Below are positions 15,692-25,600 of a stretch of DNA of 64,000 nt, one piece after another (the first letter of the stretch is position 1; each line of letters begins with the position of its first letter). The position numbers and the translations under genes were made by a program. Origin of the DNA: an uncultured Phycisphaerales bacterium (GTDB taxonomy: Bacteria; Planctomycetota; Phycisphaerae; Phycisphaerales; UBA1924); contig CALKVL010000017.1 of assembly GCA_937997415.1 (NCBI GenBank), forward strand, positions 44,504 to 108,503, read 5' to 3'. The notes beneath the pieces are model-generated. The model was not told the DNA's origin and made no database searches. It saw nothing but the letters and a program-made list of their open reading frames with translations.

Positions 15692-16600
15692 ATGAAAGTT
15701 GGTCAACTCATCTCACTTCTCGTGCTCGCCAACGTGACACTCCCCGGCCTCGCGCAGGTTCGCCCGCCCCGGGAAGGAGAAGATCGTATCGAACGTCGGA
15801 TCGTTGTCATCGATGGCGATGAACAGCCAGCGAAGGAGAAGCGAGAGAGCCGCGGCCGTCGGCCCGGTGATCGTGAGAAGCAGCACGCGCCCGCGAGTCC
15901 GCGCCGAGACGGACCCGGTGGTCCGGAAAACGAAGAGCGCCCACCGAATCCCGTGGACCGCGGCGGCCCGGATGGCGGACAGGCTCGGCGAGGTCCGCGC
16001 GGGCTGGAGAGGATGGATGAGGAAGATGTCATGATCCGTCGCTTTCGTCGAGCGCCTTTCGACGAGTTCGGCGGACACATGGATGCACCACGTCAATCTC
16101 CCCGTGGGGATGGCGTGCCGCCGCCGGGTGGACGGGGCCAGATCGGGCGCGATCAGTTCGGGCGCGGTGGACCTGGACCGATCGGGCCGCGTGGTGAAGG
16201 TGGTCCGGGACATCAAGGTACCAGAGAAAGGCTTGGGCCGGGTCGCTTCGGCAGCAATCAACGCGGGGAGTTCGCACCTCCGGAAAGGCACCATGGGCAT
16301 CACGGGCCGCGTGGCGACATCGGCAGAGGACAAACGCGAGGGGAGTTTCGCAACGGCCCGCGGCGAGATGAGTTCGAGCCACGCCGCGATATGATGAGGA
16401 AGATTCCCCAGCAGCACCCATCCATGCATGAGCGGTTCCGCGGGCGGAATATGGAGAAGTTTGAGAATCGCGGCGGGCAACGCGGTCCATGGCCACGCGG
16501 GATGGGCGGTCGGGAAGGTGCAGGCAAGATTGGACCGGGCAAAGGCCCAGGAAGGTTTGAAGGATCGCCCCGTCACTCCCCTCGTTGGCGTGAGTTCTAA
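15692..16600 (+). CDS. Secreted Arg/Gly/Pro/Glu-rich low-complexity protein
   Basis: AAGGAG lies 8 nt upstream of ATG 15692. Signal peptide: MKVGQLISLLVLANVTLPGLAQ. The remainder is repetitive (GPRG, RGEF, GRGG). The overlapping 432-aa minus-strand ORF has no recognisable features. Confidence 0.5.
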   Translation: MKVGQLISLLVLANVTLPGLAQVRPPREGEDRIERRIVVIDGDEQPAKEKRESRGRRPGDREKQHAPASPRRDGPGGPENEERPPNPVDRGGPDGGQARRGPRGLERMDEEDVMIRRFRRAPFDEFGGHMDAPRQSPRGDGVPPPGGRGQIGRDQFGRGGPGPIGPRGEGGPGHQGTRERLGPGRFGSNQRGEFAPPERHHGHHGPRGDIGRGQTRGEFRNGPRRDEFEPRRDMMRKIPQQHPSMHERFRGRNMEKFENRGGQRGPWPRGMGGREGAGKIGPGKGPGRFEGSPRHSPRWREF

Positions 16601-16690
16601 TACTGGATTTCCTGATCTGCAAGGAACGGCCCGGCGGGTATGCCGGGCCTTCTCTTTCATGGGGATTGAGATCGAGTACGATGGTGGTGC

Positions 16691-17008
16691 ATGGACGCTC
16701 CGCTGCACATCGACCTCAAGAAAGATCGCGGGCTGACGGTTCAGTGGGCGGACGGTTCCACATCGTTTTACTCCATCTCGTATCTGCGGCGCATGTCTCC
16801 AAGCGCCGATGCCAAGACCCTTCGCGAGGAGATGAAGAATAATCCGCTCACCGTGTTGCCCGTGCGAGGGGCGCAAGGACCGCTCACCGCACTCTCGGCG
16901 GAGTTGGTAGGAAACTACGCGATCAAGATTCAGTTCAGCGATGGGCACGCCACCGGCTTGTATTCGTGGCAGTATCTGCGGGACATTGATCCGCGGCAAC
17001 CCGGCTGA
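16691..17008 (+). CDS. DUF971 family protein (gamma-butyrobetaine hydroxylase-like N-terminal domain)
   Basis: LTVQWADGSTSFYSISYLRR...VGNYAIKIQFSDGHATGLYSWQYLRDI matches the DUF971 pattern. Confidence 0.75.
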   Translation: MDAPLHIDLKKDRGLTVQWADGSTSFYSISYLRRMSPSADAKTLREEMKNNPLTVLPVRGAQGPLTALSAELVGNYAIKIQFSDGHATGLYSWQYLRDIDPRQPG

Positions 17009-17011
17009 CAC

Positions 17012-17665
17012 CTATCGAAACAGCCGCACGCCCGAGGCGATGATGTCGCCGGCCAGGTTCATTCCGAAGCCCGCGATTCTACCCCCGATGACGAAGAAGA
17101 CGAGCGCGAAGGCGATCATGCCGATCACCGCCCCGTTCTCGCCCTGCCACAGGCGAGCGTACGGACGAGAGAAGTTCGAGAGAATCCGCCATCCGTCGAG
17201 CGGCGGGACAGGCAGCAGGTTGAAGAGGAACAGGACGATGTTGATAAAGACGCCCACCGTGAGGAGGATGCGCATGTTGCTGTTCAATGGGTCGGGGACC
17301 CCTTTGGCGAAGACAATCCAGAGGACCGCGAGGACCGTGCAGAGGGCGAAGAGCGCGAGATTGACCATCGGCCCGGCGAATGCCACGTAGGCGTCGGCGT
17401 ATCGGCCTCGGAATCTGCTCGGGTCCACAGGCATCATGCCCCACGTGAAGCCGAAGAGCGCGAACATGATGAGACTCCACCCGCCCATGTGCACCATCGG
17501 GTTCCAGGTCATGTGACCTGTCAGGCGGGGCGTGTCATCGCCGCGCCTGATCGCCGCCAGGCCGTGGCCCAGTTCATGCAGCACGACCGACACGATCACC
17601 CACAGGACCCACGCCACAGCCAGCATGGGGTTGATGCTCCAGTATTTCGCCAGCCACCAATCCAT
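17012..17665 (-). CDS. Site-2 protease family (M50) membrane metalloprotease
   Basis: HELGH zinc motif (VVLHELGHGLAA), multiple TM segments, and the NLLPVPPLDG motif. Confidence 0.85.
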   Translation of the reverse strand: MDWWLAKYWSINPMLAVAWVLWVIVSVVLHELGHGLAAIRRGDDTPRLTGHMTWNPMVHMGGWSLIMFALFGFTWGMMPVDPSRFRGRYADAYVAFAGPMVNLALFALCTVLAVLWIVFAKGVPDPLNSNMRILLTVGVFINIVLFLFNLLPVPPLDGWRILSNFSRPYARLWQGENGAVIGMIAFALVFFVIGGRIAGFGMNLAGDIIASGVRLFR

Positions 17666-17789
17666 GGTTCATCCTTGTGGCAACAGGGTCTACCCAGATT
17701 CCGACATGCCTGGACCAGCGCACCGGTTCTTTGGGACGAATGTACGGCCGAAGACCGGCTCGGACTTCAAGCTCGGACGCATAAAGCAT

Positions 17790-17818
17790 AACCGGCGCGA
17801 CGGTCGGTCGCGCCGGTT
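17790..17818 (-). terminator. Hairpin terminator downstream of rplT
   Basis: Perfect 12-bp stem AACCGGCGCGAC / GTCGCGCCGGTT with a 5-nt loop. On the minus strand it is followed by ATGCTTTAT, a weak T tract. Confidence 0.55.
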
Positions 17819-17841
17819 GATGAATCAGAATCAGAACATAC

Positions 17842-18216
17842 TCAGGCCTTGGCCGGAACGGCCTTGCTGGCCTTCACGCCGGTCGTCACGATCGTGTCGA
17901 AGAGTTTGGGGTCTTCGATGGCGATCTGGCTGAGCATCTTGCGGTTGAGCGTGATCCCGGCCAGTTTCAGTCCGTTCATGAACAGGCTGTAGCGGGTGCC
18001 GCGCATCCGGCACGCGGCGGTGATGCGTGTGATCCAGAGTTTCCGGTAATCGCGCTTCCGGCGGCGACGGTCCCGATAGCCATAGACGCCGGCGCGGACG
18101 ACGGCGTACTCGGCGCGGTACTTGCTCTTGTGATTGGACCCGAAATGGCCTCGGGCCTTGCGGAGAATTCTTTTACGGGCCTGGGCGCGGGCTGCGCCTT
18201 TACGTACGCGGGGCAT
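17842..18216 (-). CDS. rplT: 50S ribosomal protein L20
   Basis: MPRVRKGAARAQARKRILRKARGHFG...YRDRRRRKRDYRKLWITRI is the canonical L20 sequence. Confidence 0.95.
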   Translation of the reverse strand: MPRVRKGAARAQARKRILRKARGHFGSNHKSKYRAEYAVVRAGVYGYRDRRRRKRDYRKLWITRITAACRMRGTRYSLFMNGLKLAGITLNRKMLSQIAIEDPKLFDTIVTTGVKASKAVPAKA

Positions 18217-18298
18217 GGTTCAAACTCCTGGCTGATCCGTACGGGGTGTCGGTACGTGACCGACCGCTTGGGTCCCGGCGGATGAAAGGTACTGTTGA

Positions 18299-18655
18299 CT
18301 ACTTGACTGGCTTGAGAGCGAGGTGCTTCTTCGCCCAAGGGGTGCGCTTCTTCGCGGCGGGTTTCGTGGCCTCGACGGCCTTGGCTGCTGCTGCGGCCTT
18401 TCGCTGCTCGGGCGAAGGACTCTTTCGGAGAGCCGTGCGGGGCTGCTCCCGGCCTCGCAGGCGGCGGAAAAGCAGTTTCTCGAGCCGTTTGGCATCGGCC
18501 GATGCCATGAACGGATCGTTGCGGTACTGACGCAGTTTCTTGCCACCTTTTCCTGAGCGCAAGTGCTTGTGGCTGGAAGAGCGGTGCCGGATCTTGCCGG
18601 TCTTGGAGATTCGGACCCGCTTGAGAAGGCCCTTGTGTGGCTTGGACTTAGGCAT
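18299..18655 (-). CDS. rpmI: 50S ribosomal protein L35 with Lys/Ala-rich C-terminal extension
   Basis: MPKSKPHKGLLKRVRISKTGKIRHRSSSHKHL is the L35 core. It lies immediately upstream of rplT. GGAG lies 6 nt before the ATG. Confidence 0.9.
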   Translation of the reverse strand: MPKSKPHKGLLKRVRISKTGKIRHRSSSHKHLRSGKGGKKLRQYRNDPFMASADAKRLEKLLFRRLRGREQPRTALRKSPSPEQRKAAAAAKAVEATKPAAKKRTPWAKKHLALKPVK

Positions 18656-18766
18656 GACAAACTCCGTACAGGCACCGACCCGTTGATTCGGGCTGGGCCA
18701 AAATGATAGGCGGGCAGGATGGTCGGCGGCAAGGCACTGGTTTGGCCGAAATCGTCGCGGTGAACT

Positions 18767-20389
18767 TCACGCACCATGAGGCAGGGCCGACGGGAGCGGA
18801 GTTTGGTTCACGGGAGCAGCCGACGGCATCGAGTCGATCGCGTCCGCCAGTGACTTTCCCTCGGCCGCTCGGCGGCGTGCCTCGTTGAACTGCCGCAGGA
18901 GCCTTGAAGCAGCGCAGTCGGGTGGGGCCTGGTCTTGGGTGGCGGCGGCATCTTCGGCGACAAGGAGAATGTCCTCGAGTGCGATGCGCTCCGGGGGGCG
19001 TGCGAGGGTGTACGAGCCTTCCTGCTCTTCATCACTGACCCGGCGGATAAGCCCCGCCTTGGCCAGACGTTCCAGCATCAGACTGACCGTGTGATCATCG
19101 ATTCCGGTGGACTTTGCGGCGTGCGCGTGATCTGTTGAATCACCCCTCGCGAAGCGCTCGGCGACAACAGCCATGACCCGAACCAACGCGGTGGAGTCGA
19201 GGAGTCGAAGCGGAGCCGCCGCGACCTTGCGTGCCATCAGGCCGAGGGTTTCGAGGACAGAATCAGAGTATCCTGCCGCGGTGGCGACTCTGTATGTCTG
19301 GATCGAGTGTGCGAGTTGAAGGCCGAAGAGCACGATCATCCACGTGACGTAGACCCAGAGAAAGAAGAGCGGGAGGAGGGCGAGGGTGCCGTAGAACTGC
19401 GAGTAGCCCGTTGAAAACTTCACGTACGTCGTAAATCCCCACTTGCCGGCCTCCCAGAGGGTTGCACCGACAATGGCACCGATGAACGCCGGGCCGACGA
19501 ACACCCGCGTGTTGGGAACCGTCGCGTAGACGCCGAGAAGCAGTATGGTGCTGATCGTCACGGACACCGCGAATCCGGCGGCGGTCACGAGTGTCTGCGA
19601 CAGCCGGGAGCGGGGGCGAGGAGCGGGGGTGATCGGGGAGTTGGTGTTCGACGGGTTTGCTTCGCCCGCTGCCGGAGAATGCACTTCGGCGGGCGTCGGA
19701 GGCTCTTCCGACGGCTGTGCACTGCTCCGAGCATCTTCACTCGGGGATGCGGCATCATCACGTTCAATGAACGCGATGATCGAGGATTCCGGCAAGGTCT
19801 CGACCCACCGCATGACACGTTCGGTCACACCGAAACTCGCGAAGAGGAAAATCGGTCCGAGAGTCAGCAAGGCCCAGTACTGCGGGATGCGACGCTTCCA
19901 ACTCCGTCCCGTGGGCGAGTGGTAGATGTCGTTGAAAGCGTTCTCAATCTCGACAAGCATGGAGAGCGCGGCGTAGATGAGAGTGAGAATTCCGACAAAC
20001 CCGATGGTCCTAAACGGGAGTTTGTGGATGCCCTCGACGAGGCTGGATATCCAGGAATCGAGGTGTGTTGCTTCCCCCGCCACAAGGGGGATCGCCGGAT
20101 CGATGGGCGGCTGGCTGACGACGATGTTCGAAAGCCCCGCGAACTTGAGCATGGACGAAACGGCTGTGCCGACCATCTCCTTGGACGAAAAAGCGCCCAG
20201 CACGACCAGGCCGATCACCAGCACGGGGATGAGGCTGAAGATGGTGCGGTAGGTCAGCGCCGCGGCCATGCGGGTCAACTGCGATCGCCGGATACCGAGG
20301 ATGCACAGGTGCCCCATGTGGAGGAGTTGCCTGATGGGGGCGGGCCGTGGCAGGCTTGAGGGCGGGTTGTCGTAACGATCGTGCTTCAT
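18767..20389 (-). CDS. YihY/BrkB (virulence factor BrkB) family membrane protein with C-terminal winged-helix-like domain
   Basis: LTRMAAALTYRTIFSLIPVLVIGL, multiple TM segments and YGTLALLPLFFLWVYVTWMIVLFG match the YihY family. The C-terminal IDDHTVSLMLERLAKAGLIRRV looks like a wHTH. Confidence 0.85.
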   Translation of the reverse strand: MKHDRYDNPPSSLPRPAPIRQLLHMGHLCILGIRRSQLTRMAAALTYRTIFSLIPVLVIGLVVLGAFSSKEMVGTAVSSMLKFAGLSNIVVSQPPIDPAIPLVAGEATHLDSWISSLVEGIHKLPFRTIGFVGILTLIYAALSMLVEIENAFNDIYHSPTGRSWKRRIPQYWALLTLGPIFLFASFGVTERVMRWVETLPESSIIAFIERDDAASPSEDARSSAQPSEEPPTPAEVHSPAAGEANPSNTNSPITPAPRPRSRLSQTLVTAAGFAVSVTISTILLLGVYATVPNTRVFVGPAFIGAIVGATLWEAGKWGFTTYVKFSTGYSQFYGTLALLPLFFLWVYVTWMIVLFGLQLAHSIQTYRVATAAGYSDSVLETLGLMARKVAAAPLRLLDSTALVRVMAVVAERFARGDSTDHAHAAKSTGIDDHTVSLMLERLAKAGLIRRVSDEEQEGSYTLARPPERIALEDILLVAEDAAATQDQAPPDCAASRLLRQFNEARRRAAEGKSLADAIDSMPSAAPVNQTPLPSALPHGA

Positions 20390-21381
20390 CGGTGTGCCGC
20401 GCGGCGTGGTTTCATCGGTCCTTGCTCGTGACTGGTTCGAGCGCGTGATCTCGCGGTGGTATTCTTCGGATCCGCACGTGGTGCGCTTCGTCCTGGGAGT
20501 GAAGTCCCCCCGCGCGGGCGGGCGGTTCGGCGCAAACTTTGAATTTCGTCCCTGGCCAACTCTCGCCAGTGTCCGGGGGCCAGACCTCGTAGTTGTAGAG
20601 TGCCGATCGCGGTGCGGGTGAGTTTCTTGATCGGCATTCCGAGCAGCCGCAGCACTTCACGGAGTTCCCGGTTCCGAGATTCACGGAGCGTGATGCGGAG
20701 AAGCGTGTTGCCGTGCTTCTGTCCGGCGATCTCGAAGTCTCCACCCGACGATTTCACCCGCGCCCCCGGCCCGGCACCCCTGGCCTCGCGCTTGGACAAA
20801 GCCCTGAGTTTCGCCGGGATGGCGCTGACAGCGGACTCATCCAGACTTCCCTTGACCAGTGCTTCATACGTCTTGGTAACGCCGTATCGGGGGTGGGAGA
20901 GACGGTTGGCCAGTTCACCATCGTTGGTCAGGAGAACCAGACCGGAAGAATCAAAGTCCAGCCTTCCCACCGGGAAGAGTCGCCCCGCGGCCGGGTGATC
21001 GATCAGGTCCATCACCGTAGCGCGGTCGAATCCCGGCTCGTCCGCGCTGGTGACCAGCACCCGCTCGGGCTTGTTCAGCATGAGATACATGCGACGCTCC
21101 GGGCCGCGGATGGAACGTCCGTCAACCCTGATGACATCTTGTTCGGGGTTGATGAAGATTGGAAGTCGGGTCGGGGTTTCGCCGTTGACGGTCACCCGAC
21201 CGGCCTCGATCAGCGATTCACAGGTACGGCGAGCGGCTACGCCCGCATCAGCGAGGAATCGTTGAAGCCGAACACGGGGCGAACCTGAATCGTGGTGATG
21301 CTCGTCGGCGGTCGGCATGAGGGAGGATAGGTGCCGGGTTGACGCTGTGAACCGAGACGGTGCGAAACTCATCCCCGGCAT
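20386..21381 (-). CDS. rluB: Pseudouridine synthase, RsuA/RluB family (S4 domain + catalytic domain); start uncertain
   Basis: VRLQRFLADAGVAARR (S4 domain), PVGRLDFDSSGLVLLTNDGEL (catalytic Asp motif), KTYEALVKG. The stop overlaps the yihY-like start. Alternative start at 21318. Confidence 0.85.
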   Translation of the reverse strand: MPGMSFAPSRFTASTRHLSSLMPTADEHHHDSGSPRVRLQRFLADAGVAARRTCESLIEAGRVTVNGETPTRLPIFINPEQDVIRVDGRSIRGPERRMYLMLNKPERVLVTSADEPGFDRATVMDLIDHPAAGRLFPVGRLDFDSSGLVLLTNDGELANRLSHPRYGVTKTYEALVKGSLDESAVSAIPAKLRALSKREARGAGPGARVKSSGGDFEIAGQKHGNTLLRITLRESRNRELREVLRLLGMPIKKLTRTAIGTLQLRGLAPGHWRELARDEIQSLRRTARPRGGTSLPGRSAPRADPKNTTARSRARTSHEQGPMKPRRAAHR

Positions 21382-21431
21382 GGGGAATACCCGATGGAAG
21401 GTGAGTTCGGCGGTGACCTTGTATCAGGAGT

Positions 21432-22613
21432 TTGAGATTGACAGAGAGCGAGCGTCGGCAGCACGATCCCGCAGAAGCTGAGGGGAGCAATGCCGGGACG
21501 GTGCGCGATGAGGCGGATGGCATCGCCGAGAAGGTCGTCGTTTCGCCTCGGACGATCGATCAGCACGCATTCAATGAACTCTCATCGACGCTTCGGTCGC
21601 TGGTTCGGGATGCCGCGAGCCAGAATCGCGTGCTGCTGAGCGCCACGGGCGAGGTGCGTGGATTGAGTGAACAGCTGCGAGCCGCGGCCGGCGATCTGAA
21701 TGAACGGGTTCGTACAGCCTCTGCGTGCCTGCCCGGCCTCGATGAGCGGATCGCTCGCAACGAGCAACTCCTCGCGATGGCGAGAGAGGAGCTCGGTGCC
21801 CGGGTGAGAGAGTTCCGGGACCTGCTCTCGTCCGCCGCGATGATTGATCGTGACGCCATCTCGCGTGATGTACGAGCGTGGGTGGCCGAGGATGTGGCGC
21901 GTGAACTGCGAATGATGCTCGATGGCGCGACCGCGGCGGTGAACGAAGTTCTGTCGCGGGGTGAGTCTCGACTGCATGCAATGCGGACGGAGGCGGAGGG
22001 TACGGCGTGGCGCATCGAGCGATTGCGCACCGACATGGAGTCGCACGCCGCGGAACTCACCGGTCGCGTGGAATCGATGATCACTTCGTTGGCAGCGGCG
22101 GTCGAATCGTCAGAGTCTCGCACGCGAGGGATCCTGGCTTCGCTCACAACCTCGCTCGAGCACGCGGCGGAACAGGCTTCCGCGCTCGACCTGGCGACGG
22201 CGCGCCACGCGAACGAGGACCTGGCCGAGGCGGTGGCGAAGGCGACCGAGGCGGCGCTCGAGATGCGGGAACTGACCGCACAGATCGGTCAGCATCGAGA
22301 GCATGCGGAGGCGGCCGGAAGAACGTTCGCGACACTGGCGAGCCAGGCGGTACGGGCGGGAGAGGATGTCGGCAACCGAATTCTGGCCGCGGCGGAGTGC
22401 ATTGAGAGTCTGGAACAGCACCTCGACCGCGTGCGATCCCGTTTCGGCGAGATTGCCAAGGATGCAGATCGCAAAATTGAAGGGATCGAAGCATTGAGGG
22501 CTTCGGTTGCGCAGGCCCACGAGGTCGGCCCGCGTCTGGCGAGCCTTGTGGCGAGGGCTGAGGAGCTCCGCCGGCGCGACGGAGAACGTCCTGTCGGCGG
22601 CGGCCAGGCATAA
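21432..22613 (+). CDS. Hypothetical Ala/Arg/Glu-rich coiled-coil protein; start uncertain
   Basis: Long helical heptad-like sequence with no TM segment. The track start is TTG. An in-frame GTG lies at 21501. Antisense ORFs here lack features. Confidence 0.55.
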   Translation: MRLTESERRQHDPAEAEGSNAGTVRDEADGIAEKVVVSPRTIDQHAFNELSSTLRSLVRDAASQNRVLLSATGEVRGLSEQLRAAAGDLNERVRTASACLPGLDERIARNEQLLAMAREELGARVREFRDLLSSAAMIDRDAISRDVRAWVAEDVARELRMMLDGATAAVNEVLSRGESRLHAMRTEAEGTAWRIERLRTDMESHAAELTGRVESMITSLAAAVESSESRTRGILASLTTSLEHAAEQASALDLATARHANEDLAEAVAKATEAALEMRELTAQIGQHREHAEAAGRTFATLASQAVRAGEDVGNRILAAAECIESLEQHLDRVRSRFGEIAKDADRKIEGIEALRASVAQAHEVGPRLASLVARAEELRRRDGERPVGGGQA

Positions 22614-22647
22614 CGAATCGACGATCCCAATGACCGGGTCATAAAAA

Positions 22648-22675
22648 ACAGCCCGGACGAACTCGTCCGGGCTGT
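22648..22675. terminator. Bidirectional terminator between convergent genes
   Basis: Perfect 13-bp arms ACAGCCCGGACGA / TCGTCCGGGCTGT. An A6 run lies on the left, which reads as a U tract for the minus-strand giant gene. TGT lies on the right. Confidence 0.7.
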
Positions 22676-22696
22676 TGTCGGCGGGGTTGATGTCGA

Positions 22697-25600
22697 TCAG
22701 CGACGGTTCAGTACACGGTCAAGGAGACTGACAGCGTTCTGACGGCCGAGGAAGAAGTTGGAGCGGGTGATGGAGTCGAACGAACCGGAGAGGGTTCGAG
22801 ATGTGTTGAGGATGGTGTAGGAGCGGTCGGAGCCGGGTTGGTTGTTGACCGAATCGGCCGCGAAAGGATCGAACAGGGTCGCTGCGCCGTTGTCCGCGGT
22901 GATGCGCAAGCCCATGAGCTCTCCCACGCGGCGTGAAACCGCGCCGGTCAGGGCCTGTGCGATGGTGTCCAGCCCCGCCACATCCGGGACGATGCCCTTG
23001 ACCGCGAAGGACGGGAGGAACACGACCGCGTCGTCTTCGAGGTCGGTGTTGAAGGGATCTGAACGCTGTGAGAAGCCGAAGGGCTGGGTGTTGAAGAATC
23101 CGGTCTGGAGGAAGTTGAAGTTGAAGGCGTTCCCGAACGCGTCGAAGAGCGGCAGGAGCGGGTCGGTGGTGGTGGAGAGATACACGGTGGAGAACGGCTC
23201 GAACTCAAAGTCCGCGGGGTTGGTTGAGAAGCGAACATCAAAGCCCGAACCCGCGACGGAACCCTGGAAGAGCGCGTTGAGCTGGTTGACAAGGTTTGTC
23301 AAGACGTAGTCGTTGACTGGCAGCCCGTTGACCGAACCGCCGGTGAAGCCCAGGGCTCGGAGATCGAACGATTGGATATTGGTGGTGAATCCGCCCGCCT
23401 GGAGCCAATCCACGCTGCCGCCGTTGGTCTCGATGAGCACATTCTGTGTGCGTCGCGTGATGGTGCCGGTGCCGGCGGTGATAACCTCGAGTTGGTAGTC
23501 TGTGTTGAAGGCGCCCTGCAGCATGACCGCGAAGGTGCCGTTCGCGCCCGGCGACCCGGCACGCTCGGGGACGATGAAGTCGATGTAGAAATCGCCCTGG
23601 GCGTCGAAGCCGTAACGGGTCTCGCCGTTGTCGGCGATGACCTTGTTGGGTGTGCCGGCATACGGCAGGAAGTCTGTTGGGCTGAAGACGAGCGAGGCGT
23701 CGTCGATCAGGGTGCCTCCGGTGGTGTCGAACAGAGCGAACTGGACCACGCCGCGGTTGTCCTGGAAGTCGGTCGGCGAAGCGCTGCCCAGGTCGGCGCC
23801 GAAGTCGGCCAGTTTAACCGTGATCTTCATCCTGGTGCCTGCCGCGATGGGCTGGCGGTTGTTGAGATGGAAGACGTCCACATCACCCGTGACTAGGGCG
23901 TTGGGAACACCCGCGCTGCCGCGCGGGCCGATGGCGGCATTGACGGTGCTGGTCACCTTTCCGGAGGCGTCGCGGATGGTGGAGATGTTGGAGGCGTTGG
24001 TGCCCGAGACAATCCCGGATGCACGATCAAAGACGAACGTGTAGTCTCCGATGATGAGCGTCGAGATGTCGTCGGACGTTCCGAGCACGCCGTCGGCCCC
24101 TGCGAAACTGATCGGGTCGGGCGCATTCGCGACGAGTTGGCCGTCGCCCGAGTCGGTCGCGGAGTTGAAGCCCGAATCTCCGTCGTCGAAGAGCGTGATG
24201 GTGAAGTTGTAATCACCCAGCGTGTTGGGGAAGGTGTCCGGGTTGGGCGTTGTGGTCGGGCTGAAGACCCCCGACGTGTTGCCCACGACGATGTAGTACG
24301 TGCCGGTGGCCTGGATGAGATAACTCTGTGCGAAAGTCTGGTCGGTGGCGGTGCCCGCCGCGGCGGGGACGGAGACGGCCACCGCGTTGTCGGCAAACTG
24401 ACCGAACTGTCCGCCCGTGGCGGTAAAGACCGTGAGGCCGGCGTTGATCGCAGTGCCGCGGAGTCCTGAGAGTTGCAGGATCTGACCCGCCTGGAGGGTG
24501 ACGGCGTAGACGTCTGCATCGCCCGCGAAACGGAAGAAGTTGTTGTCGTTGTCGGGGTGATCGCCGATGAAGCCGCGCACGGTGTAGGGGATGTTGGGGT
24601 CGGGCAGGTTGTTCGCCGTGGCGTTGCGGTCCATGACGAAGTTGAGGTTCGTCGCGCCGTACATATCCACGCGGAGCGGAGCACCGTTGGTGTTGACGAA
24701 GTTGATCGTCGGGTTGATCTTGTCGCCGGCATCGCCGACGATGCCGTCCCCGGAGAAGTTGTCGCCGGGTTCGGAGAAACCGTCGCCGTCGCCGTCGATG
24801 CCGATGCCGACGAGTTTGGCCTTGAAGATACTCTCGTCGATCTCAAACCTGTAGATTCCCGGCCCCGGAAGGGCCGGTGCGATGGGCAGGTTCCGCTCGG
24901 TGACTGACTTCGAGAAGACGACCTTGACGGTGTTGTTGGTGGCGTCGTAGGAGAGGGTGTAGTCGACACCCTGGATAAGACGGATGGTGATGTTGCCGTT
25001 GCCCCGCACCTCGGAGACGCTCAGCGAGGGGCTTATGGTGCTGAAGTCGATCGGCTGATTGAAGACCAGATTGGCGGTGAAGACGCGGGCATCGACCGAG
25101 AGTCGGATATCGCTGACCTGGGCCGAGATCGGGGCAAGTCTGGGAGCTTCGACCGCGAAGTTGCCCTGAGAGCCTGTGAACGTGCTCCCGCCGATTCGGA
25201 CCGGGCCGATGATGCCGTTGCTGGCGATGCGGTAGTTCTCGGTGGAGCGTGTGGAGCCGACCCCCGTGCCGTTGATAGTCACGGCGCCGATGGAACCAAG
25301 GCCCGCGGCGACATTGTCATCGTTGGTGCCGAAGAAGCCATCATTGCCCCGGGCGTAGCCGGCGGTGATGTCGGACTCGCGGAAGTTGCCGCTGACGGTG
25401 ACGTTGCCGATGGTGCCGCTGCTGAGGGTGTCCGCAGCGGAGCCGGTGCCTCCGAAGAAGGCATCGGTGCCCAGGTCCATCCCGGAGACGAGGGCCGAGT
25501 CGAAGAAGTCGCCGTTGATGGTGACGTTGCCGATGGAATCGCCGGCGCTGAAAATGGTCTGGCTGACGGCGGGAGCGGTGATGGCCCCGACGCTGTTGCC

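Noticed and set aside
15713-17011. 432-aa minus-strand ORF spanning the RG-rich gene and the DUF971 gene
   Set aside because: It overlaps a clearly recognisable DUF971 protein on the plus strand, and it has no signal, motif or SD. It is kept only as an alternative to the low-complexity plus-strand call.
22697-23300. Possible degenerate metzincin-like motif (AVSRRVGELMGLRI, compared with xxHExxHxxGxxH) in the C-terminal domain of the giant protein
   Set aside because: Only the Gly/Leu skeleton matches and all metal-binding and catalytic residues are absent. Without a profile or structure search this cannot be supported.
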